From: the human T2T-CHM13v2.0 reference genome, Homo sapiens
Reading direction: 5' to 3' (one strand)
NCBI RefSeq assembly: GCF_009914755.1
Contig: NC_060925.1
DNA length: 64,000 nucleotides
Shown: positions 28,151-49,371 of the stretch, piece by piece
Numbering within the stretch: position 1 is the stretch's first letter
How the letters are laid out: each line of letters starts with the position of its first letter
Notes under the pieces: generated by a model
What the model was told of the DNA's origin: nothing
The model's input: only the letters and a program-made list of their open reading frames with translations
Database searches by the model: none
Made by a program: the position numbers and the translations under genes

Positions 28151-30582
28151 AGCTTTGGTTCTTTTCCTCCCTGCATCCCTCCCACTTTCCTCTCAACAGA
28201 TAGTAAGCAAGACTCAATTTTCTCCAAAAAAGCCCGTTACCCCTTTCTGCAAGGGGCGCATGCCTAGGTTCACAGGGAGCTCTCTTGTCAGCCCCAGAAC
28301 AACCCTAAACTCCAAATGTTCTGTTTGCTCTCGAGGTACCCCTGGGATGCAGCGTCTCCTCCGCGAAGCCTTCCTGAGCCTCCCTGCCCAGACCAGTTGC
28401 TCCTTCTTGAAGCTCACCGTGCCAATTAATGAGCCATTGTCATTAGTGTTGCCCTCTGAGTTCCTGGTGAGTTCCTGACCGTCTAGCATTGCTGAGCACA
28501 AAGGGGACGATCTAAATTATTTGTCTGATGAATAACAGCTTCGCACCACGGGAGCGGGGATAGGGGATCTTGAAGGCTGTTAACTTATCAAATCAAGTCT
28601 TTCTCAAGAGTTTGGGGAACTGTTTTCTTCCCATTTCTTTCCTTCTTTATAATGAATGCTTTTTATAAACACTTAATTTTTTTAAGTGAATGAATTTTAA
28701 GTCTTTATTAGAGGTCTAAAAAGCGTAAGACCCGTCAACTATGTATTTTTCTGGCATGTTTTCTCAGTCATTGTGAAATTAGTTGAAAACTTCTCCCAGC
28801 CTGAAATACCAGTAGCTGGTTCCACCTCCCACCCTAATGTAGAAACCTCTTCAGAACACCTCGGTTTTCAGCCAGCATCTGTTTCAATTTTTCCAGTGGA
28901 AGAGGAAGAGGAACCACTACCTCACAAAACAATCCATTCCACTTAGGGGCATCGTTATTTGTTCAAGGGTCTTTCTTTTCTAGAACTCCTTTATTTCCTT
29001 AGTAAAGGATAGTGGATTTGAGAGTCATTTGCTCAGATTTTCATATGAAAGATGGTCGTATTTCCATGTGTTGGGTTTCTTTATCTAGAAACACAAATAA
29101 TTCACTGTGCTTTAGCTCCCACATTAAAACTACTATTTGTTGGGGGGAAACTGAGCAAAAGCTAAAGTTTTGAGAAAGCCTCTGGATTCTGTATTCATTA
29201 CACACAATCCAGGATGGTCCACAGGCCTCCTTTTGAGACCCACTTGGAGAGCCTTGGGTTCAGACTACACTGGTGGTAAAACTCTTGTGGAATGGTTGTA
29301 AGAGTTTTGTGTTCCTGGTTTTTTTAACCAGATAAAAAGCTTTTTTTTTTTTTTTATTCTTTTTACCATTTTGTTTTTATAAGCTAAGATAAAAAGTATT
29401 TTTTAAAAAGTTAAATCATTTAATTCATCTTTCATTGCTGTATTCCTTGGCATAAAAGTTATGTCTTACCTATATTAGTCATCTAAACCACTCATCATAT
29501 AAAACTAGGAACTTAGATGTCTTCTCTGGAAAATATTCATGTAGATTCCACTGTTTAATTAGAGAAGCAGAAAGAAGGAAAATCCCAGATATTTGGCCAT
29601 TGCCTTCCAATTGGAATCAAGATAATGTGTTCTTTTGCATTACCCATCTAATGCATTTTCTGGCAAATTTATATCGCAGTTTGTGTGGTTCCCATTTGAT
29701 TTAGTCTTTATATAGCTCTGTTAGCTTCCTTCTTTGCCATTGTTACAGATTATACTGGTAAACCTTCTTTCAAATTCTACCAGCTTGCAAATGTAAATGT
29801 TGGTTACAAGAGCAAGGTAGTTTCAAGATCAGCACAAATTAATCACAACCACTGTGAAACATCTGCTTTATTGATGGTACTTCAACAGCATCACTTTCCA
29901 CATATATCAGGAATTATGACTTTATGATAAAGTTGCTCTTGTTCCTAGAGGGAATCAAGTGCAAGAGTTAATAGACTGGATTAAAAGACAAGACTAATTG
30001 CTAGTCCTAGTCCTGACATTGAATTTAGAAGCCCACATACAGTAAAGATTACTAGTGAAAATTTAGCTGAGAGAAGGAAAGGAATTATAGTATAATAACT
30101 ATCATTTCAAAGTTTTAGCTTTTTGAGTAACTGTTTTAAAAATTTAGTTTTTTTACCTTGATTTTACTTTTATCTTGATTTAAGATATCTGTCATTCAAA
30201 CCTCCAGCAGTTTGAGAACTTATTTACTCTAATACTGATACTATATACTACAGGTCAGGGTAAGGGATTGAATTATTCTCTGCTACCACCACCTATGAGG
30301 TCCAGTGAATAATTTGAAAAAGGCTTACAGGAGATTGTGAGCAGGAATCCGGGCTCAACTTTGGGAACTGGTATTCTAGTGCAGTATATTCAAAATACAT
30401 ACTTAATGGGTCACTTTTTTTTGTTACTTTAAAATAAAATATTCTTACACTAAATAAGATGAAGTTTGAGAAGCATATTATTAGTTGTGAGAGCTAAACA
30501 CTTATGATGTGAGAGATATCTATATTGTATTTTTCAAACTGATTCCCTTACTTCTTATTTGAGACACAAAATGATATTCTAG

Positions 30583-30760
30583 AAGGAGCATAGGCTTTGG
30601 AATTGATAATCTTAGGGTCAAATCCTGGTTCTGCCATTTCTTAACTATGTGATCTTGATTAAAGTTACTCAGCCTCTCTGAATCTATGTTTCCTTACCTA
30701 CAAAATGGGGATCAGAATATGAAGATTTACTATCACGTATTTGGAGTGCTCAAATGTGGG
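30583..30760 (+). mobile_element. MIR SINE
   Basis: GAGCATAGGCTTTGGA...CAAATCCTGGTTCTGCCA...CCTCTCTGAATCT..TTTCC...AAAATGGGGAT. Confidence 0.7.
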
Positions 30761-31424
30761 GGCTATTAGTACTACACAGTTTTGCTGTTACATAGTGGTC
30801 ATATTTTCATGAGGCTACCTTAATTTTTACTCTGATATCATATACCAAATAGTTGCCACATTTCATATTTAAAAATGAAGTCATTGAGACCACTGTCCCT
30901 TCCATCTGTTTGAGCTAGGCATCATTTTTGTGTTCTCACAACTTAACGAATGTGAGACAATTTGCTCTGTAGTGTTGCTTGGTAAATCACTTTTTCACTT
31001 TCAGGGTATTTTTCAGTCTTGTGGATGAGAGGTCTTGACAATAGTCATTAAAGATATGATAGCATTTTCACAAGAACAAGGACATGTGCCTTATGTCTCT
31101 TTGCTGAGATCCAGTCTGGGTGGACTAATTTTAACATTTTTCTAGATCTACACTAATATTTCACTAGGAGAAGTCACTATCTGCCTAGGTCAGATCTGAT
31201 TAAGAGCTAGTAAAGACCACCTCAGTTATACTCTCTGGTAATGGAAGGATGTGATGTTGTGTAGTTCAAGGAGGATGGGATAGAAGTCAACCGGTTTGGG
31301 TTTGCTGGATGGTGACTTTGGTTAAGTCACTTGAAACTCCAAACTGCAGATTATTATTATCTAGTGGAGACATATTACATATCTGTTTAGCTTACTCCCA
31401 TTAAACCAAACATCATTTAAAAAG

Positions 31425-31483
31425 CAGTGTTACAGCTCTTTTAGAATTAGTCTAGCAGGTTTTCCAGCTCTCACCAGAAAACT
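31425..31483 (+). pseudogene. U7 snRNA retropseudogene
   Basis: CAGTGTTACAGCTCTTTTAGAATTAGTCTAGCAGGTTTTCC...GAAAAC matches the U7 5' HDE-pairing region, Sm site and 3' hairpin; preceded by TTTAAAAA and followed by an A-rich tail. Confidence 0.9.
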
Positions 31484-31621
31484 AAAGAAAAAATAAATAA
31501 AAAAAATAAGAGAGAGAGAAAATGAAAATCCACTTAAATGTGAAGCTACCCTGAATTCTACTTAATGGGCATGAGATGCAGGGAAGTGAGGCAAGGGTGG
31601 CACAAATTGCTGTTTCCATAG

Positions 31622-31963
<342 letters not shown>

Positions 31964-32067
31964 CTCTTATACTTTTTACAATGTGGGTATCTTGCTGCCA
32001 AAAGTGTTGGTGTTTAAATATACTACCCTCAATTTTTGTGCAATATAGCCTCTAAATGCAAGTCAGC

Positions 32068-32140
32068 TATTTCTTTTTTTCTTTTTCCTTCCTTCCCTTC
32101 CCTTCCCTCTTTCTTTCTTTCTTTCTTCTTTCTTTTCTTT

Positions 32141-32196
<56 letters not shown>

Positions 32197-32398
32197 TACT
32201 TTCTTTCTTTCATTCATTCATTTCTTTTGACAGAGTCTCACTCTGTCACCCAAGCTAGAGTGCAGTGGCATGATCATGGCTCACTGCAGCCTCAACCTCC
32301 CAGACAAACAATCCTCCCAAGTAGCTGGGACAATACATGTGCACTGCCACACCGGGCTAATTTTTGTAGAGACAGAATCTCGCTATGTTGCCCAGGTT
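32068..32398 (-). mobile_element. Truncated AluJ with an expanded (TTTC)n tail
   Basis: (TTTC)n at ~32068-32225 then degenerate Alu. Confidence 0.85.
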
Positions 32399-32968
32399 GC
32401 AAATTAGCTATTACATCTATAGCTCAACCAAAGGAAAAGCTAGCTATTTAGATTAATGGAGATATGGTATGCTTGTATACTGTAAAGGCAAATTTAAAAA
32501 ATTTTGTGGCTAATTTTTATTATATTTGAGTTTTACCTTACATGTTTCTTTAGAGTCTAACTCCTGCACAAGATGCAATTTCCATTGTAATATCTGCCTT
32601 ACCAGGTTTGTTCTGAGAATCAAGTGATATATGTTTAATTGCTTTGGAAAACTTAACAGTGCTATGAAATGTAAATTGTTTCTGTCCTCTGGACAAGACT
32701 TGGCCAGGAATTCATTCTAATAGATTTGCTCTTATTTGTTTTGTGTTTTCATACAGAAAGGGAATTATAGATAAGTATAGAACAACAGCCATGATGATGA
32801 TGATAGGAGCTTAGAAGACGAATTGACCACTTACCACATGCCAGAAAATGTGCTTAGTCCTGTAAGAAGATTATCTCAGTTAGATACTTCTTTGTGGGGA
32901 GTTCCTCCTCTAGATTTTCTATCATCTAGGCCCTCCTAGAATTACCTCACTTCGGATTGGGAAATCTC

Positions 32969-32972
<4 letters not shown>

Positions 32973-33010
<38 letters not shown>

Positions 33011-33013
33011 TGT
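32973..33013. repeat. (TG)n microsatellite
   Basis: Direct observation. Confidence 0.95.
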
Positions 33014-33549
33014 CTAGTGCTTTTTTATTCTTATAGAGCTGAACTAGTAAGTGCTAGGCAGGGAAATATTTATTTCCTACTCAACATGTTTCCATGGTGA
33101 GGAATTTTTATTAGAAGAAGATGTGAGCTTCTTCCTTTCCCCCCACCCCCTCCACTGAGGGCAGGAGAGTGACTTATCTGATTGAAGAGTTTGGAAGAGG
33201 GAATTGGGCATTTGTGGATTAGCCACTCTTGTACATTTTGGGCATGACTGCTTGCAGAGAGGATACATTCTGGTTTGCAGTCTCCACCATGCTACGACTT
33301 AGCAAAATATGCTCTATACCTGTGGGTGAGATATGCACCTGTTTAGTGCTGCCTATGGCTGGGTAGGTAAATCTGACTAGCTCAGCAACTATTAGCAAGT
33401 CCACTTGGTTGTATGTCTTTAATTCAACTTTCACCAGAAATAAAGCTAATATTTTCAATCTCTCACTTCTGTGTCTACTTTTAATTGGTTTCAAACTTAG
33501 ATGGGAAAGAGAAGTGTTATGAATTAACTACTTAAACACCTGATAAGGG

Positions 33550-34115
<566 letters not shown>

Positions 34116-34158
34116 CTTATTATTATATCAATATTGACAGCCCAAGGATATAATCTAA

Positions 34159-34550
<392 letters not shown>

Positions 34551-34558
34551 TAACCTAG

Positions 34559-34883
<325 letters not shown>

Positions 34884-35028
34884 TTAGGAGGTGGGGCCTT
34901 TGGGGGTGATTAGGTCATGAGGATAGAGGCCTCATAAATGGGATTAATGCCCATAATTTGCTTGACTATAGTAACCACTATATATATCACTATATATTGG
35001 CTTGACTATAGTAACCACTACATATATA

Positions 35029-35248
35029 TTTTGGCTTCCCCGGGCCACACTGGAAGAAAAAGAATTGTCTTTGACCACACATAAAATACACTAACACTAA
35101 TGATAGCTGTTGAGCTAACAAACAAACAAAAAAAAAATCGCAAAAAAATCTCATAATGTTTTCGGAAAGTTTACAAATTTCTGTTGGGCTATATTCAAAG
35201 CTGTCCTGGGCCACATGCAACTCACAGGCCACAGGTTGGACAGGCTTG
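35029..35248 (+). mobile_element. MER30 (hAT-Charlie MITE)
   Basis: TTTTGGCTTCCC.GGGCCACAC.GGAAGAA...GAATTGTCTT..ATAAAATACACTAACACTAA...GGTTGGACAGGCTTG. Confidence 0.8.
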
Positions 35249-35258
35249 ATGTATTTCA

Positions 35259-35619
<361 letters not shown>

Positions 35620-35649
35620 GGCTGGTCTCAGTGCAGTGGAATTAATTGA

Positions 35650-35974
<325 letters not shown>

Positions 35975-36042
35975 CAGTTATAGATTTATTTGTTCTGTCT
36001 TCACTCCCAGTGATTCACTTGACTAGACTTAAAATATAAATA

Positions 36043-36935
<893 letters not shown>

Positions 36936-37372
36936 TCACTGGTTATTACAATAGGGGGATTCTGTGAGCTAAATATGCTTTAATTATATAATTAAATATA
37001 GTTTAATTTTTTTCTCCCATTTCTCTACTTGCCACAATCTGCAAAAATGAGACTCACAGTGACATTCCTAGGGGGCACTTATCAGGCTAGTCCATAGTGA
37101 TCACCCTTATTTCAGAGTCGCATGGCATTTTGTCTGTCCTACACAATTTAGTAGTTAAACGTGTGCTGTCATATGTAGTAGGATGCTGGATAAGGTAGAC
37201 TTTTCATAAAAGAATTATCTGAGTGGCTCGTAGGGTGCAAATATGTTGCAGTAATATTTGGGGAATGGTGCTCAATATTTTATTATGAAAAATTTCAGAC
37301 ACAGAAAACATGAATTTTGTTACAAATACCTGTATAGTTACCATTCTGCCATGAACACTCTAATACACATGC

Positions 37373-37697
37373 TTTTATTTATTTATTTATTTTTATTTTT
37401 TATTTTTTGAGATAGAGTCTTGCTCTGTCACCCAGGCTGGAGTGCAGTGCCCGCAATCTCAGCTGACAGCTGACTGCAACCTCTGCCTGCCAGATTCAAG
37501 CAATTCTCCTGCCTCAGCCTCCTAAGTAGCTGGGATTACAGGTGCATGCCACCATGTCGACTAATTTTTGTATTCTTAATAGAGATGGGGTTTCACCATG
37601 TTGGCCAGGCTGGTCTCCAACTCCTGACCTCAAGTGATGCGCCCACCTCGGCCTCCCGAAGTGCTGGGATTATAGGTGTGAGCCACTGCGCCTGGCC
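37373..37697 (-). mobile_element. Alu (S-type)
   Basis: TSD TAATACA(C/T)ATGCTTT. Confidence 0.93.
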
Positions 37698-37824
37698 TAA
37701 TACATATGCTTTATTACATAACCGATCTATCCATTTATCATTTGATCCATCCATCAGTCCATCTTACTTTTCTGATGCATTTCAAAGTAGAGTGTTGCAG
37801 TAAAATTTTGAAATGCTAACATTC

Positions 37825-38765
<941 letters not shown>

Positions 38766-38929
38766 CACTTGCAGAATGCTAAGTGGCACTAGGCACTTTA
38801 TACGTATTAACTCATTTAATTGTCACCAAAACCTTATGAGGTAGTACTATTGTTATAAAATATAATGAATATTAAGCTATTATTGTTTGTTTTAGCAGAA
38901 ATTCATAGAGGAAAAAGTATCTACTTAGT

Positions 38930-41386
<2,457 letters not shown>

Positions 41387-41534
41387 AATTTGCAAGTTCT
41401 TTTGCCTTACTAAGAAACCTAAAAATTTATCCATAGTTCTTTATTTCCCTAATTAAAACTTCACTAAGAATTGAGAAGGTGAGAATATTTTCTGACATGA
41501 CACATTGTTTTCCCCTTTAACTTTTAATAGGACT

Positions 41535-41960
41535 GTCCTACGGACTGAATTGTTTCTTCCCAGTTCCAGCCCCCAAAGTGACTGTATTTGAAGACTACAT
41601 CTTTAGGAGATAATTAAAGATCATAAGAGTGAGGCCTTAATATGATTAGACTGGTGGCCTTATAAGAAGAGGAGGAAATCTCTCTCTCTCTCTCTCTTTC
41701 TCTCTCCCCGCCCCCTGCTGCCCTTCTCCCCCTCTCCCCCTCCCTCCCTTCCTCCCTCTCTGCATCCAGCAAGGAAAGGCTATGTGAGGAAACAATGAGA
41801 AGACAGCCTTCTACAAGCCAGGAAGAGAGCTCTCACTGAGGCCCAACCTTGCTGAATGTTGATCTGGGACTTTTGGCCTCCAGGAGAGTGAGAAAAGTAA
41901 TTTCTGTTGTTTAAGCCATCCAGTCTATGGTATTTTGTTATGGCAGCCAAAGCTGACTAA
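41535..41960 (+). mobile_element. MaLR solo LTR (MLT1A/MST-type)
   Basis: GGACTGAATTGT...CCTTATAAGAAGAGG...CTACAAGCCAGGAAGAGAG...TTTCTGTTGTTTAAGCCA.CCAGTCTATGGTATTTTGTTATGGCAGCC. Confidence 0.8.
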
Positions 41961-43243
41961 AATAGATTATTAATTAATAAGTAGTAAAGACCTGGGGAAA
42001 ACTCTTAGAGTTGCATTTATTGGCCAAAGAATGGCCAAGTTTCTTCCCCTCCCTGAGCTATACAAATGTACCTGATGACTGGGAAGAATGATGAAGTGGA
42101 AAGAAGACCTGACTTCTTGGCCCAGCCCTGCCCCTCACCAGCTGAGTCATCTTGGGCATGTCTTGTAACCTCCACTCCTCAATTTTCTCCACAGTATAAA
42201 ATGAGGCATGAGAGATTAATATATTGATCTCCGTATAAAAGGGTTGAGCTACATGTTTGAATTGATGACAAGGCTGAGATGAAAGAGGAGCAGCAATATA
42301 GACTAAAGACCAAGAACTTAGAAGACAAAGTAGTTGGAGCCAGAAGCAACCGCCATGAGAAGCCCCTAGGTCTTTCCAGAGAGGTTGAGAAGGGTACTGG
42401 GTTTTCCACAGGAGGTGGAATGGGGGATTGAGTCAATCCCACCAGGTCTTAAGAGGCAGGGAGACCTTGGCTGTCATTTGGATTACCAAGAGGTTTTGGC
42501 TATATGCTTCCTAAATCATCTTCTATCTCTTGGGTTCTGTAATTTAATGATTAAGGGGAAGAAGAAGGGATGAGGAAAGGGGGAAAGAGGGAGGCTGAGG
42601 ACTCATTTGTGCTAGAAATGAAATATATAGCTGGTCTCCAAATTCTTCTTTACTGCTGCAAAATACAGGGGTCTGTCTTCCTTCTTTCACATATGTATTT
42701 CTCTACCTGTCCATGGTATTCATTTTAACTTGATTGGGGTGCCCTGTCTGGGTCTTCAGCACTCCCTTGGATAGCATTGGTCCTGTAGGTCACGGGAAAA
42801 TGCTGTCCCTCTCACCTGTCTCATCTATACCTGCAAGGTATGTGTTAAATGAGGCTAACCTCTCAGATAAATGTCGGGTTCTAGATCTGCTACCCACTAC
42901 CATGTGCCTTTGAGCAAGTCACTTAAGCACTCTCTGCTACATGTCATTTGTTTTTAAAGTCTATTAGGCAGTGATAAACAAAACACATACCTCATATGGT
43001 TTTGAAGGATAGTTAGAAATTCTCTTTAAATTTTGCATCCTGTGGGAACAGGGACCACGTCTTTCTTGTTCTCATGCTTAGCCTGTAGTAGGTTCTCAGT
43101 AATTGTTTTTTGAATGAATAAAAATGGCTTAGCCTGGTGCCTGAAGCATAGTAAGTACCCAAGAAAAGGTGTCTATATATATCTCCTTCTCTAGTGGTCG
43201 TCAGTTGTTTTGCCTACCCAAAAGCTAGTGTAAGTTTATTCTA

Positions 43244-43535
43244 TTTTTTTGAGACAAAGTCTCTATCTGTTACCCAGTCTACAGTGCAGTAGGGTAATCA
43301 CAGCTCATTGCAGCCTCGAACTCTTAGGCTCAAGCAATCCTCCAGCCTCAGCCTTCCAAGTAGCTGGGACTAGATGCAAGCACCACCATGTCAAGCTAAT
43401 TTTTAAAACTTTTTTTTTTTAGGGACAGGATCTCACTATGTTGCCCAGGCTGGTCTTGAACTCCTGGGCTCAAGTGATCTCCTGCCTTGGCCTTCCAAAG
43501 CACTGGGATTCCAGGTGTGAGCACCAAGCCTGGCC
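43244..43535 (-). mobile_element. AluJ within a degenerate MLT1-type LTR
   Basis: Alu consensus; MLT1-like flanks. Confidence 0.85.
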
Positions 43536-44422
43536 TGCCCAGTATCTATTTGTGCATTTTCTAGTCATAAGGCCTCCATTTTCCTTTGTAAAACTTCTCC
43601 TTTCTCCTCCTCAGTTGTTGTGATTCTGGGGGCTGACTCCACAGAGCCACTCTAGGAGGTGATATGCGGCCCACACCTGGCCCAATTGAGGCCAGTGAGA
43701 GGCCAAATGTTTTTCTGGATCTAATGTGAAAGGGACATTGTCTTTCCATCAAGGTTGCCAAGTTGGTAAAAGGTAAGCCTGAAGCTCCTGGTGGCCATCT
43801 CGTCCATGTGGGAGGAATCTGCCCAGGAGTAAAGCCAAGAGAAAAGAAAAGCAGACTTGAGGGAAGGAGGGAAATGGATTCCTAATGATTTCCTTTAGCA
43901 TCTGAATTCAGCCAAAAATAAGACAGTCTCTGTCCACAAGGAGCTTACAGTTAGGTAAAGACGATGTGATCAGGAGGGTCAGGCTGCCATGGAAACACTA
44001 ACACAGGCTACATAGCCAGAACTTTGGTGAGTGTAGGTAGGCTTCTGGGCAGGCAGGGAGAGACATCTACAAAGAGATGGAAATGATTAATACGAGTTAG
44101 CCAGAAATGGGGCAGCATGTGAGAAAGGGGAGAAAGGAAAACAATGCAGAGATGAAAAACAACAAAACAATGGCTGAAAAGCAAAATAGTATGGTGCTTT
44201 CAGGGAATTCAATATGACAAAAGCATACACAACATTTTCCCAAATATGATCTCATTTAATCCGACAATTTGAAATCTTGCACAATAAAAACAATGACCAG
44301 TTAGAATGTGTTCAGGTGCAAGTTAATGAAAACCTGTTTACTAGTGACTTATACAATGAAGACATTTAATTACTTAGAGGTAGGCAATCCAGAGCTGGTA
44401 CTTTGATTCTGTAATGTCATTA

Positions 44423-45090
<668 letters not shown>

Positions 45091-45286
45091 GAATCTGGGC
45101 TCTTCCTATCTTTTTGTTTCACCATTTTTGGCTTTTGGATGCTTATTATGCATTATACATATTACTCGTGGTATATAGAATAATGGCCCCCAAAAATACC
45201 CACATTCTAATACCCAGAATCTATTAATATATTACCTTACATGCCAGAAGGGACTTTGTAGATTTGATTGAGTTAAGGATATTGAG

Positions 45287-45892
<606 letters not shown>

Positions 45893-47639
45893 TTAATTTT
45901 TTTTTAAAGAAGCAGAGGTTATAGAAAGAGAAAGATTTGAAGATACTGTGGTGCTAGCTTTGAAGATGAAGGAAGGAGCCATGAGCCAAGGAATGCAGAC
46001 AGCTTTTAGAAGGTGGAAAAGTTCCGACCTCCAGAATTAAAATATAATATATTGGTGTTTTAAGCCATTAAGTTTGTGGTAATTTGGCAATAGGAAATGA
46101 ATTTCTCACCAATGGTTGCAAGACAACTGTCACAGCTCCAGGTATTATTTTCATAGCCACTACAGGAAGAAGGGTTAGGAGTTTAAAAGGCAGATCCACC
46201 CCACATTCATTCCTTTTGTCAAGAAAGCAAAAGCATTCACAGGCATCCTGCCAGCTGACTTTCCCTACAAATCATTGAGAACTTGGACAGAATGGCCACC
46301 TCTAGCTGCAAGGGAGGGTAGGAAAGTATCTCACTTTCCAGTCTGATTTGTTTTGTAGATGGGTCAGTCCCTTATTAATGAAAGCATAAGCAGGTTGTGC
46401 TGAGGTGCAGAACATCGGAGCATGTGACTGCGGGTGCCCTTCATCTGGGAGGAAGGGCTGTGGGAAAGTCTTGGTCCTATGTGCTAAGTGTCATTTGCCC
46501 TCGGCAGGCCAAGGCAGAGTGATTGAGTGCCTCAGAAACCGGGCTTTTCATAAGTGGCGGTTTTGGTATTTTTGGAAAGTAAGAATGAATATCCTTTTCT
46601 AAGGAGACCATCTGAGAGAGACTTTGGTTAGGGAGGGCTGATGTGCGCCTCCAACCAGAGTCAAACGGTCTCGTGCTCTCTCTGAGGTGATTCCTCCCTT
46701 CAGACACTTGTGGAGAGAGTGAAGCCTGCTCCAAAATGATAAGGAGTGAAAGCTGAGAAATTATAACCAGAGGAAGGCTCTAGAGAACACAAAAGAGGGC
46801 CAGAACTGGAGTGGAGAGGGAAGACAGAAGTAAAACCATGTCTACTATTAAGGACACAATGCAGAGAAAGCTAGGCATTATTTTTATCAGCATTAACCTG
46901 ATTGGTAGCTCTCTTGTTAGGGGGCAAGCTCCCATCAGTGAAAGGCAGTGATAAGTTTGGTGATCATAGTCAGAAAGCTTGGGTAGACTCTTTGGCATAG
47001 GATAGACATCCAGGCAAAGGATCTGACAATTGCAGCTTTTGACAAAATATCAGAATCTTGCTGTGGTGAACCAGGAGGAATGCACAGCACTGGGGATAGC
47101 AAAGAGTGACTTTGTCAGGGAAACAAAAGCTAAACAAAAAATGTAAGTTGCCTTGTGGATAGGGATCACCCTCATTGATACTGTCCAGACCATAGGACTG
47201 CCCTGTTGCCCTGTTAGTTCTGGTTGTTGGAGAGAAGTTTGTTTGTTGGGGCAGTTTCTAGAGATCTTTGTGGAGGAGCACCATCCTTGAACCCCATCCC
47301 CACCTCCCATGGATTTACTTACATACATGCATAGATATATATGTGCAAAGATGATCACTGCATCAATGTTTGGAAATTTTAAAAAAGCAGAAACAACCTA
47401 AATTCCCATTTGAAAGCCTTGGTTAAATAAATTATGCTATATCCAAATAACAGAATACTCTGAGGCCATTTATGTTTATATGACTGATGTGGAGTAAGTT
47501 CCATATTAAGGGACTTTAGCAAGATGCAGAGCAGTGTATAGAACTCAAATGGAACAGCTTCCATTGTGGGGGCTGTTGTCTCTGGAGGTGAGGACCAAGG
47601 TTTGGGGGAGGAAGGAAGACATATTTTTGCTTGTTTTGA

Positions 47640-48762
47640 ATTTTGGTTCTTTTTGAGACAGTGAGACAGTCTCCCTCTGTTTCCCATGCTGGAGTGCAAT
47701 GGTGAGATCTTGGCTTACTGCAACCTCTGCCTCCCAAGCTCAAATGATTCTCGTGCTTCAGCCTCCTGAGTAGCCAGGACTACAGGTGTGTGCCACCACG
47801 CTGGCTAACTTTTGTATTTTTAGTAGAGGTGGGGTTTTGCCATGTTGGTCAGGCTAGTCTTGAAATCCTGGCCTCAAGTGATCCACTTGTCCCAGCCTCC
47901 CAAAGTACTGGGATTACAGGCTTGAGCCACCATGCCCAGCCTGAAAACAATTTTTAACCAGATATATTGTGCCAGTTATTTATTGCTTTATAACAAATCA
48001 TCTCAAAACTTACTGGCTAAACTAATATTGTATTTGGTTACAATTCTAAGGGTCAGAAATTAGAGCTGAACTCAGCTGGTCATTTCTCGTGTGCGTGCCT
48101 GGAGTCACTAATGTGGCTGTAGTCATCTGGTAACTAGATATGAGCTGAATGGCTTACGATGACCTCACTTAAATGTCTAGCTGTTGATGCTGGCTGTCAC
48201 CTGAGACATCTGTCTCCTACAGGTTAACCTGGGCTTCTTTGTACGATGCCAGTGTTCAAAGAGAGCAAGAGCAGACGCTGCAAGGTTTCCTGAGGCCTAG
48301 ACTCCAGAGGAGCTCATACAACACTTCTGCCACATTCTATTAGTCAAAGAAAGTCACAAGGCCAGCCCTGATTCAAGGATTGGCAAAATAAACTGCACTT
48401 CTTACTGGAAGGAGCTGCAAAGAATTTGTGGCCACTTTTAATCCACCACTGGCACATGTTGCTTTTTCCAATAAAAGGCTCCACTTAATTAAAAAAAAAA
48501 AAAAGCTGGGCATGGTGGCTCATGCCTACATCCCAGCACTTTTGGAGGCTAAGGTAGGTGGATCGCTTGAGCCCAAGAGTTCAAGACCAGCCTGGGCAAC
48601 ATGGTGAAACCCCACCTCTGCAAAAAATACAAAATTAGCTGGGTGTGGTGGTGCGTGCCTGTTGTCCCAGCTACTCCAGAGGCTGAGATAGGAGGATCAA
48701 CTTAGCCCAGGATGATCAAGGCTGCTACTGTATGTACTCCAGCGTGGGTGACAGAGGGAGAT

Positions 48763-48802
<40 letters not shown>
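47640..48802. mobile_element. Alu (47640-47941 -), MLT1-type LTR (~47968-48450 -), Alu (48503-48762 +) with a (CA)n tail
   Basis: Consensus matches; (CA)n at 48764-48802. Confidence 0.8.
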
Positions 48803-48805
<3 letters not shown>

Positions 48806-49138
48806 GAATGCTATTTGTAATACATTCACAGGATCACAGGATTTTAAGAATTGGGTAGAACCTTTGAGATTATTGAGTATGAAACCTCCAAAGTTTATAA
48901 GTAAGGAAACTGAGGCCCAGAAAGCTGAAGTGTTTTGGAGAAAGTAACACAGTCAGTAGCAGCATCAGGAAGAAAACCAGGTCTTCTGACTTCTAGTCTC
49001 GTACTTTTAATTCCACAGTAGAGTTTTCTTTTTCAAACAAAGCTTGTTAGTGATCTTTGATTAAGAAAACTTGACAGCAGTTTTGTAGTCCTACTGTTCT
49101 AGTTAATAACTTAAGATTCTATTAACTTCAAAGATTCT

Positions 49139-49371
49139 TTTTATTACTATTATACTTTAAGTTCTGGGATACATGTGCAGAACATGCAGGTTTGTCATAT
49201 AGGTATGCATGTGCCATGGTGGTTTGCTGCACCTGTCAACCTGTCATCTATATTAGGTATTTCTCCTAATGCTATCCCTCCCCTTGCCCCCTACCCCCCA
49301 ACAGGTGTGTGATGTTCCCCTCCCTGTGTCCATGTGTTCTCATTGTTCAACTCCCACTTATGAGTGAGAAC
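49139..49371 (-). mobile_element. 5'-truncated L1PA 3' end with a perfect 16-bp TSD
   Basis: TTATACTTTAAGTTCTGGGATACATGTGCAGAAC...CAACTCCCACTTATGAGTGAGAAC; TAACTTCAAAGATTCT at 49123-49138 and 49372-49387. Confidence 0.92.
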
